DNA of 64,000 bases from Nymphaea colorata (Eukaryota): positions 22,878,001-22,942,000 of the forward strand of contig NC_045138.2 of assembly GCF_008831285.2 (NCBI RefSeq), read 5' to 3'. A program made the translations under genes and the position numbers. Of the stretch, positions 1 to 16,180 are shown piece by piece (the first letter of the stretch is position 1; each line of letters starts with the position of its first letter). The notes under the pieces were generated by a model, which made no database searches, was not told the DNA's origin, and saw only the letters and a list, made by a program, of their open reading frames with translations.

Positions 1-4873
<4,873 letters not shown>

Positions 4874-5042
4874 CCAACTCCCAAGTTGAAGCTCTGAGTA
4901 AATCAGTTGACATCATCATTGTTGCATGGCTCACCTCCTCACTATAGAGCCACACCCCCTCACCTCCCTCTCTACATTTTCCCTTCATATATTTGTATTT
5001 ATAATGTAAGTTTGAAGCATGTCTAGGTTTCATATATTAGTG

Positions 5043-5088
<46 letters not shown>

Positions 5089-6044
5089 ACACATATAGAG
5101 AGGCCTTTCCTTGGGATAAACCAAAATATCCAATCAGGACTTCATGCTTGTTTGAATATTGCATTGGGATGATAAACTTCTCTAAGTTTAATTTAGTAAG
5201 GTTTCCAATTCATGATGTTTGGTTGAATATTGTATTACAGGTATCTTTTACACCTTTGATGTTCTAGCAACTAGAACTTTACGTCCCTATTCTTTTACTA
5301 GTTGCTAAAGTAGTCCAATGCAAATGTTCATTACATGTCTAGTAGTTTCAATAATTGATACTTACGATATTTTACAACAAAATACAAAACAAGCTGAAAA
5401 GAAAAAGCTTGAGATAATAGAATGCAATAGGTAAAAAAAATTAACACTTTAGATTTGCTGGTAAACCTGGTTTTCGGCCTACTTGTCATTCTACCTACAC
5501 TTGAAAATTGCTATTGGACAATTCTGAACCATTTTGGCGGCTATAACGCTATAAACAGTATAGGCTAATGGTCTTTCTACCATTGTGTGCAGCTTAGTTG
5601 GATGATGTTGATTCTGTTAATAGGAATTTATGTGGTGTTGCTCTATCTTTTGTGACCTTCTTTGGCTTATTGTTTTGACATGGACGTGAAGGCTAAGTGT
5701 CCGTGTGGCAAACAATGGCAACATGCGCTTTAACCAATTCAATGTTTCTTCTTATCTTGTTGATGCATTTTCTTGGTATTGACAACTTAAAAAAAAATTT
5801 CTCATTTAAATTATTATGCAAATCAGTCAATGAGATCATAAATATGATATAGACACCCACTTTGGGTCAATGACATACATGCATTTGTTGGACATAGAAA
5901 TGTGCATAGGTTATATATCTTTTTCTTGAATTATAGGTATTCTAAGTCCTATCAAAGATATTATGTGACTTCAAATTTCATAGTCAAATTAAGTTTATTA
6001 GCTATCACTGTTCACTTCATCAATCAGCTATTCCATAATGTGTT

Positions 6045-6900
6045 TGTTATGACCAGAGAGAGAGCCAAAAAAACTTCAATTAACAAAGTTAAAAGAGATT
6101 AGGGCTGGGGGTAACAAAAAATTACAATATCAGTCCAAATAAAATAAGATAATCTTTAAAAACACACACTCTAACTTACTAATGTTGCAGAAGACTCTAG
6201 ACTACAATTAAAGATATTTAACACTCCCCCTCAAGCTGGAGCATAGATATCGATCATGTTCAGCTTGTTAAATCCTCTCAAGAAGTCGGCTATGGGAAGA
6301 GCCTTTGTAAAAATATCAGCTGTCTGCCACCATGGCAGATTCAAAGTGTGATGCATAACAGTACTGGCAAGGTGAGCGAAGGGCTTTTAACTGTTCATAT
6401 GCAACCGTCTTTGTGGCCAAATATTGGGACAAGTCTTGATCACCTTGCTATATTTTGTCTAATTTCTCTTCCACCTATAAAATCTTAATAACATTAGTAG
6501 CATGAAAATACTTTTTCTTTAAGAAAGACTACATATCTTTGGCCTTGGTATAGTATGCAATTGTTGAAGCTATATGAGACTCTACATTATTCATAATCCA
6601 TGACATCATCTTCATCCCACTTAGCATATTTGCATTTCTTCTCGGTTGATTCATTTGCTTCAAGAACACACTCCTTCCTATGACCTGTCACAAACATCAT
6701 GAACACCTTAGACCAAATTTCATAATTTGAACCATTAATTCAATCGTGGTTGTATAAGAGAAGGAGTTTCCAGTGATCTTGTATGCATTAGAACCTTTGG
6801 ATTTACTACCATCAGCCATAGTAAATTTTCCAACCAAAAAAAATCTGACGTACAGTATATGTGTGTATGAGGCATTTATCATCACTGTAACCACTTCCAA
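6045..6900 (-). mobile_element. Internally deleted Ty1/copia element (gag fragment, RNase H end, PPT, ~180-bp LTR)
   Basis: Minus strand: a gag-like NGSNYEIWSK segment (~6350-6820), then QTADIFTKALP...NKLNMIDIYAPA* (~6235-6325), polypurine tract GAGGGGGAG, and an LTR TGTTA...TAACA at 6223-6045. Confidence 0.75.
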
Positions 6901-6959
6901 GAATTACCAAGTTTTTATGAGATTTTTTATACACTGGTCATTCAAGAAAATCATTTGCA

Positions 6960-9454
6960 CATTCTTATACTTCAATTAAACACTAATAGTGATTGGTGAA
7001 AATGCCTCAACTATGAAGAAGGCAATGCCCTATGAAAAGTCCCTTGGCGAAAAGCCTCAACTAGAGCATGTGAAAGTCTTTGGGTATAAGGTATATCTTA
7101 TTGCTAGCCCTCAATGCAAATCTAAACTTGCACCAAAATCATGTGCATGTATTTTCCTTGGATATGCTGCATCAAAAAACTTACATTTGCTATAATCTCC
7201 TAGACAAAAGTACCATGATCTCTAAGCATGTGTTATCTGATGAAAGTGCATTTCTTTACTCCGCGTTACACCACCTACCATGGCTCAAGAAATCATTCAA
7301 TGGCTTGCATTCAAATCATTCAATGGCTTGCATCCAACAAAAGCAAACCACCACCAGCCATTTTCCAATCTTGTCACCAAACCCTTGTTATAATACTATT
7401 GAACCAGGTGACCAAAGTCCTAGACCTAAAAAAGTTAATACCAAATCTACTCCTATTATCACTAAGCCCAACATTAATTGAACATCCTAGCCCACCTCAT
7501 CTAAATGAATTTGGACCTCAACCGGCACCATCTCATACCAACCATATTAGGGGTCATCTTATGACCACTAGATCACAAGACGGGACACAAAAACCCATAA
7601 TTTTCACTTATTTTAGTGAAACAAAGACGTTAATAGTAGATGAGTCCGAACCTAGCAATCTTTAAGAAGCTCAAAAAGACCCTAGGTGGGTTGATGCCGC
7701 ATCTAGTGAAATCCATGCCTTAACAAAAACAAAACCTAAGAACCCGTTCCTTCTCAACCTCATTACAATGTGGTAGATTGTTAGTGGACATACAAGGTCA
7801 AAAGACATGTTGATGACTCTCTGATGTGGTACAGGGCACAACTTGTGGCCAAGGGGCATACTTGAAAAGATGGAATTGATTATTCTAACACTTTCAATCC
7901 AATCAATTAATCCACTATGATTCAATTGGTTTTATCTATCGCTACTAGTTAGATATTGAATATTCACCAACTGGACATTAACAATGTCATCTTACATGGT
8001 ACTCTAAAGAGAAGAAGTATCATAAGTCAACCGCAAGGATTTAAAGACAACGATCATCCTCGCTATGTGTGCAAGTTAAAAAAGTTCTTGTATGGGCTTA
8101 AGCAAGCCCCTTGAGCATGGCTAAAAAGTCTGAACATATATCTCATATCCAAAGGATTTGAAGGATCTACATCTGATTTCTCTCTATTTATATATATGTC
8201 AACACATTTATTGTGCATATTCTTATGTATGTTGATGACATTAAAGGCAACTCCTCACAGAAAATACTGAAAATCATTCGCAAGATGAGTAACAATTCTC
8301 CATCAAGGATTTGGGAGAGTTCCATTACTTGGTAGACATGTAGGACACAGACCAGACTTTATCTTTAAGAAAAGAAGTATAGAAGTGACATTCTCACTAG
8401 AGCTGAAACGAGAGAAGCCAAATCTGTTGTCATGCCAACTGCACCAATGTGTCTCTTTCTAAATTGAAGGGAGAGATTCAAAGATAGAACTCTCTATAGA
8501 GGTATTGTGGCGGCACTACAATATATGACTCTTACACGATTGGACATTGCTTTTGTCATTAACAAGACATGTCTGTTTCTTCATGAGCCCATTGATCTCC
8601 ACTAAACTCATGTAAAACGAATCTTGTGCTATCTTCAAGGAACTCGGTCCTGTGGACTTCATATAAAAACATCATCATTGGAAACTTAAAGCCTATTTGA
8701 ATGCTGATTGGGATGGCTAGCCTGATTATATAAGGTCCACAAATGGGTTTGTTACTATGTTGGCAGGAAATGGGATCAAATAAACAATAGCAGCATGGTA
8801 AGTATATCGGCTGAATATAAAGCCATGGCCTGTGCTGTTGTAAAACTTATATGTCTAAGTCATCTTCTCAAAGATTTACAAATTTCCTTTGAAGAAGTCC
8901 CTTTCCTAAAATGTGATAATTTGGAAGCCACCTGTCTTGTGTAGCAAATCCTGTTTTTCATGTTTGAACCATGCACATCGAAAGGGACTTACTTTTCATT
9001 AGAAAAAAGAGTTTTCTAAGTTGAAATTCAAGTGGAACTTGTCAAATCTGAAGATCAGGCAGCGGTATTTTAACTAAACCGTTACCAGGTCATGCTCGAT
9101 CTTGTCGACCCAAGCACTGGCTCGTGGGGGACGTGTTCAGATAGAGGAGCTATGTGAAACGGTTAAAGAACTTGAAGGAGGATCTCCTTCTAAAATCAAG
9201 CGGCTTATTGAAGATAAAAACAAAAAAGTTCGAAAAATCAAGAGTTGCCATGTTTATCTAAATTAAGATCCAAAATTATTGAATCCTTGTCGTAACTCCT
9301 GAAAATGTATCAATGAAAGAACTCTTTCCTTGGTGTGGTGTGAGAGAGAGAAAGAGCTTTTCTTATCGTGGATGTAGGCTGAGTTTAGCCGAGCCACGTT
9401 AGATCTAGTTCTCCTTGTGATTGTGTGTTTCTTCGTTTTTCTTGCATTCATCAC
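6960..9454 (+). mobile_element. Degenerate Ty1/copia pol (integrase C-terminus, RT, RNase H) followed by a probable LTR
   Basis: Motifs in the expected order: KVFG..KLAPKS..CIFLGY, MTTRS, EPS..DPRW..EIHAL, QLDINN, LYGLKQAP, YVDD, ADW, AEYKAMA, CDN, NPVFH. Many stops and frameshifts. An LTR-like segment at ~9133-9454 follows GTGGGGGAC and contains GTGGATGTAGGC..GCCGAGCCAC. Confidence 0.85.
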
Positions 9455-9559
9455 ATTGTTTCACTAAAATATTGTATATGTGTGAAAGGAAGAGAAAACA
9501 AACATAAGCTTGTGGAGCTTGTGTCTTCAGTCTATAAGGAAGAAACACACGCACGATGT

Positions 9560-10350
9560 ATGCAATATACTTGACGGTATTTAATATTCCTCCAGATAAC
9601 AGTCTTGCAACTATGTACTTAAGCATCCAAAGTATATATATTCTATTGTTCTATCACTACACCAAATTAGAGATTACCCGACGGGCAGCATGCCATTGGC
9701 AACCCATTCGCCCTTCCCATCTAATGAAACCGTTGGGAGTGGAAGAGGAAAGCATCCTCCAGGATGCCAAAAAAATGTTAACGTTCATGGCCGTTGGCAG
9801 AGAGATTCGTGCCAAATTTTTCGACTGGAAGCCTAACTGTCATCGATCTTTCCGCTGGAGGTGTTGTTACGTTCGTGCGAATCCCTCCATGCACAACCCT
9901 TTGAAGCAGCACAGAGTGACACAGCGTCCCCCTTTTGAAATTTGCACAGGCATCCCTTTTGAACCAGCACAGTGGCACAGGCGCCCTTGTTTTGTTTCCA
10001 TGGACCAACAACGTAACCCAGATACCAGTTGCTTCTCTCTTTATTTTGGGGGTTAAATCGTTTGTTATAAACGATCTGATACCACTATTGGTTCTTTGAC
10101 AGTAACCATAGGTAGCGCTTGGACCTCCGCAGCAAGTTCACCGGTGGAGTCTCAAGAGAAGAGAAGAGAAGAGAAGAGAAAGAAGAAAGAGGTAGGGAAG
10201 ATGGTCCGCGTTAATGGGTTTGCTTCAAAGAATTAACTCAAGGATTCTCGATATGTCAATAGTCAATTAAGCTTGCAATAGTGAGAATGTTGGGCTATAT
10301 AAACAAAGCCTCTTTGGAGTCCCCATGAGCCCGGGCTCTCGATTACAGCC
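9560..10350 (-). mobile_element. Fragment of another LTR retrotransposon (tRNA-Met PBS-like site with adjacent LTR-like DNA)
   Basis: TCTGATACCA at ~10075-10084 reads TGGTATCAGA on the minus strand, next to a CT-rich LTR-like segment. No clear protein domain. Confidence 0.4.
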
Positions 10351-11772
10351 CATAGTTTTAGAAAAAGTTTTTGTAAATAATGACTTTGTAAAGTTTTTAT
10401 TTTTATAACTGTTACAAAGACTTATCAAAGATTGTGTCCAGTAATATGTCAAGTGAGTGCAGCGAGTGCTGGTACGGGTGCAGATGTGGTTTTATATATA
10501 TCATTTGTTACATAGTTATTTAACTGTTTAGTATCCTTATTTATTTAATATAGTTTAATTATGTGCCCATTTATAATGGTCAGGCCAGTTCGGCTGAGTG
10601 CACCAGATGTTCTTTGTTGGAGAAGCACCAACACCAGTGTTGACATGGGTGTGATGCAGGTGTGGCAGCCATTAAGGACTCATGACAGAGGTCCAGTAAT
10701 TACCAGTGAGAACCCCCTCACAGCGATGAACGAGAACAGTTGATATTTCTCATCGCCACCATCCAACAGATATGTGTGTGTGGTCTGCATGTGTATGTGC
10801 AGATCTTTTTTTACTAAATGAAGTTGAGTTGTTTAAGTATATGATATATAGCCTCGGATTCACACCTAGTTTGCCGAAGTACTGTCGGCTTTCTGACCAG
10901 TCTGCCTCCTTCCTCTTTCTTGATGGAAGATAAGATACTATCTACTAGAGTCACAGCCGGTGAAGGTCCAACAGATGTGTGTGCCTGTGCAGTTCCTTTT
11001 TTTCCTAAATGAAGTCGAGTTGGTTAAGTATGTGATATATACATAGCATATCTACTATAGTCACAGTTCAGATCCTTTCTTCTTCTTTTTTCTAAGAGAA
11101 GCCAAGCAGAGTTTAGGGCTGTCTCAGCTTGTACAAAGAGTTCATGTCCATGTAACTCAAGCCGGCAATTACTCACCTAGCAGCCATTGGCCCGAGCCGG
11201 TGTTCCAAACCCCTTGGGGCTACTAGGTAAGATCTTGACTCTGCAGTGTATGTAGAATGAAGGAACTGGAGTTAAACCCTCTTTGCATGGCTAAATTGGT
11301 GGATCTACAATACCAAGTCAAGTATCAATGTGTCTTTTGAAAATTTCGCAGTCAATCGACGGCGAGATCTTTGTTTTGTTCCATATGGGAGGACCATGTG
11401 GACGGCCCACGATGAAGATGACAACCGTCTAAAGAAAAATGGACGGTCTATCTCTTGAATTGATTTTCATGAAATGTGTATTGTAATTTTTGATGTGAAG
11501 ACCTTTCGAAGATCAGACCACTTGTTGTGCAGTATGCTCATACTTAAGAATAAACAGATTTAGCGTGACTTACAAGGGACAAAGCTCAGACTATAGTATA
11601 GAGCCTCCGAATCGGAGAAGTATCGATCTTTTATTGCTTGAAGAACCTTAATGGAAGTTCAATTACAGAGATGCAGGAGAGGCAATGAGCCCATGCAAGC
11701 CACTTTTATTTGACTTTGATCTAGTTTGGTGTTTTGTGCCCGAGCTTCGCAGTTGGCTTTGACGATAAAACT

Positions 11773-12241
11773 TAAGGACATCAATGGATCGGATTCAAAT
11801 TGGGTGTACCTCTTATTTTATGGGGATTTCACCTGTTTGGATTCCAATGCTAATGAAAAAATCTATATCATATCTGGATCCAAATTTTAAATATGAAATC
11901 GGAAGCCTCATGCAAATCCAACTTTTAAATTCACCAACCAAATCTAAATCGAACTTTTAATTACACAATCAAATTTGAACAGCTTTATTATCTATTAAAA
12001 AAAATCACAATGTATGGATCCTGGATATAGCATATTTATTTTAAAACTAAATCCAAGTTCAAATCCAAATGCATGTAATCAGATTTTTATTTAAAACCGA
12101 ATCTGGATCTGATTATGTCTTTTTTTTTTAATGTCAATCCAGCCTGATTTTTTAATCGGATGTCAAAATTTTCCCTATACAGAATTTCTTTAAGTAATAG
12201 GGTCAGATATTCAATTCAAATGAAATCGAACGACATCCCTA
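11773..12241. mobile_element. hAT-like MITE
   Basis: Imperfect TIRs TAAGGACATC / GACATCCCTA, internal ATCC(A/G)A-type subterminal repeats, and approximately duplicated flanks GATAAAAC / GATAAACG. Confidence 0.5.
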
Positions 12242-13147
12242 GATAAACGTCAGTCACTTGGCTAAGGCGTTAAAAGTATGACGTTGAACTACGAGTCCAG
12301 TAATTGGTAGCTCCTACGCAACTTTATCGATAAGGGTGGACATAATTAACAAATAACTTGCCTACTTTTTCTTTTCGGTTAAATTGAAATATTTTCATGA
12401 ATCTATAATTACTTATTTATTAAGATACATGTTTTTGTTCAAATTGATTTTGTCAAAAAATTGACTTACCATCATCAGATTTTTCATGTATAAGAGCATT
12501 CAATTTTTTTATCGTTCAACAAATATACTAAACAAGAAAAAATTCTAATTTCACATATAGGAATTTTAAAGATCACATTACAAGATTGAATAAATAAAGA
12601 CATCTGAATTTACGTATTTCCGTCACCTGTACATATATGGAGAAATTGGAGTTCATTTCTAGAGAACTTCAACTACCAATTTACTTATTCAATGCTTAGA
12701 ACTAATAATTCAACGAGATAAGAGTAAGAATGTAAAATTCAAATATAACATTAGGTTTTGAATGTGTAAAGCCAAAAACTAAAATTGTAAATTTAAAAAA
12801 AGACATTAGATTATGAATGTGTAAAGCCAAATTTGTTAAGAACAATTATCCTCAAGAATGTAAATATAAGAAATAAAATTAGACTCTTAATGTCTTTACC
12901 CAAATCTAGTAAAAGAAAATGGTTCCGGTGACTAATGTCTTTTGATTTGACGTGAATTTTAAAAACTGAATCCAATTTGGATATCCAAGCTCAAATCTAA
13001 CTGAAAACGGACTTGGTTACACGTTAGATCTAAATTGGGTTCCAAAAATTAAGGTTACCTTCAAGTTTCGACGAGTTCAGTAGATTAAGACTCGATACAA
13101 CTCGGATTTGTATAAATACATAAGAGAGATAAATGCGGTTACCATGG

Positions 13148-13184
<37 letters not shown>

Positions 13185-13719
13185 AAAAACTTATTGCTAA
13201 AATACTATAAATCATCACTAAAATCACCATATCGAGACATTATAAACCATATCTGGTAACAATTTAATATCGGGATGGCAGGAGAATTTAATATCTATAC
13301 ATACATATTTATACAATAGAAAAACAAAATGATTAACCGGAAAACCCTAAATAATAATAGAAGATGAGAAGAAAAAATAAGGTCACAACCTGGATTGCGA
13401 TTTTAACGTGCCATCCAGTTAAGGACTTCATTTAGGGTTTGGAAGCTAGGAAATACGTTACATCAAAATGGAAAAGAAAAAATGAAACAGACAAAAAGAA
13501 GAAAAAGGAACACTGGGATGATCCAAGTCGGAGCCAGTTGAAAATAACATGCAATAACATTTCAAATTACCTAATTCTACCAATGCAACCTTCCAACGTC
13601 CATCGAGAAGGAAAAAGAACTTGTTCCACACAAAACGAAAGGAGAAAACCAAAGATAAAACAAATCTCAAGGTCTGCGGAGACAGAGACAAAATTGCTAC
13701 AGGATATATGTTTAACATT

Positions 13720-16137
13720 TTATGCCTCATCAGTCACAATTGTTCCCTTCTCACTCACGTAGATACCATCAAGGAACTTTCTTATGTCCTTGTTCTTCAC
13801 ATGGCATTTCTGTCAAAACAACCATAAAAATGATAATGTCAAGAAGCCTATCGCTCTTTCATCATCTTGCCGATACAATAAAGCAGGATGAGGCCTCAGA
13901 AACTGATAAATGGAAAGCGTCGGAAAAAAACATGCGTACCTGATTTATCAATGCGGCCGATCTAGAAACAAGCTCAACATCGTTCCCGTCCAATACCAGT
14001 TCATCCTTAACCTTCTCTGAACGAATAACAGTCACGCCTTCTAACATGTCTACCTTCCTCACCTGACAAGTACAATTTTAAAATATAACAAAGAAAAAGT
14101 CAGTACACGAGATTAAAGAATGATTGTCTAGTATTTCAAAATAAAAAGGTTGATGGAAGAAATGGATAAAACACTGTTGTGTGAGACAGGCAGTAATCCA
14201 AAGGAAATTCAGTTTTCCTTTGCGTTGAAGAAGAAACCAGCAAATGAAGCGACCAACGTGTGCAAATCAAACATCACAACTGATTCTTAACAATTGAAAG
14301 CTGCACTTCAAAAATATAAAATAATCCAACGAAAGCAAATAGATGCATATCTCAAGAACCTAGGACAAATTTTACCCCTTCATCTGACAAACATACCCCA
14401 TGAAATTCCGTCCTGTTTTCCACCATTAAATATTTTGAAAATGCAGTGGCAGTAATGAATTCAAACCAAGTTCTTTTGAAATTTAAAGCACCAACATCCC
14501 TAGTGAAGGCAATAAAACGATGGGAGTGACTTTAGGATGATAACCAATGTGTGCAAAATTGCAAATACATCACGACAACTAATACATAACAATCGAATGC
14601 TGCACTTGAAAAATTAAAATATAAAACATTAAAAAAAAGGAAACAATTAGATGCACGTTCCCAGCTTCCAATCATCTGACAAACATATCCTATGAAATTT
14701 CATCTTGTTTTCCACCACCAAATATTTTGAAAATGCAGTAGGATGGGTTATAATTTCAAAGCAAGTTCTCTTGAAATAAATGACCAGCTATCCTTTGTAA
14801 AGGAAACAAAACAAGGGTTTAGGATGATGACCGATGTGTGCAAATCAAAACCATTCACAACAACCGATCCATAAGAATTGAGTCCTGCACTTTAAAAATC
14901 TAAAACAATAGAAAAATAAAATAAAATAGAATAAAAAGATGCAAGTTTCAACTTTCAACAACCTAGGACAAATTTCACTAATTCATCTGACGAACATATC
15001 GTCCTGTTATCCACAACCAAATATTTTGAAAATGCAGTGGGCATGGATAATGCTTCCAAACCAAACTTTTCTGAAATTCAAAGCACCAGCTATTCCTAGT
15101 AAAGGAAATAAAACGGAGTGGCTTTATGATGATGACCAATGTATGCAAATGCTGCACTTTAATAAATTAAAAATATAAAACAACAAGAAAACAAAAAGAA
15201 ACAATTAGAAGCAACTTTCCAGCTTTTAATGATCTGTTGAACATGTCCAATGAAAGACTTTGTCTTGTTTCCACCACCAAATATTTTGAGATAGCAGTGG
15301 GATGGGTTTGAGGCCATGCCATGACACAGCGGTATGCCACAAAGACCCGTGTACCATACTGGTACGCCGGTAAATCAAAACCGGTACGGGGGTGCATTGT
15401 GGTACGTTGGATCTGGTTCCGGGTCGGAACTAAATCCAAACCACGAAAAAATCTAAAAAAAACCTGTAATGCCAATGCTCATCTCCTCCCTCCCTCTCGA
15501 CTTTCGACAAGTCTTTCGACATGTGTTTGGGCAGCTGGAGACGCACGACAGGTTTTCAACGAACGGCGGTTGGCGACTAGCCGTATCGGTCTGGCTTTAA
15601 GATACGCCGTATGGTAAAATATCGTAACGTATCGTAACCGTATCACTTTTTTTTTAAATAAAAAATAAATCAGACAAAATTGAAAAAAAAAATTGAAAAA
15701 TTCATATTTACTAAAAATCAAGAATAATATGTTCATCATCATCAAATATTCATAAACATAGAAAATGATGAAAAGGAGGTCATATATCAAAATGCATCTC
15801 ATTCTTGTTTCAAGGATTTCATCCAAACTTAGATCCAACTACATTTTATATATATATATATATATACAAGACCTTAGCATTTTAAAGGCATGTTTGCTTT
15901 TTTACATGCCTTCACATTTGTAGTCTTCGAGACACTTCTAGTTGGGTCATGACCCAACAACCACAGATCGGAATCGGGTCTGTGTCTATTGGATTCATTC
16001 CTATGTAATAAATAATAACTAATAACAAAGAAGAAACCAAACCAACGTATTGAACAAAAAATTTGACGAGAGCAAGCGAGTCGTGTTCCTCTTCCTGTTT
16101 GACGAAGCTCCCGCGAATCTCTAGCCTCCCTCCATCG

Positions 16138-16180
<43 letters not shown>

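Noticed and set aside
10760..11070. Diverged ~80-bp direct repeat; also short repeats at ~12730-12900
   Set aside because: Small local duplications in intergenic DNA with no further structure.
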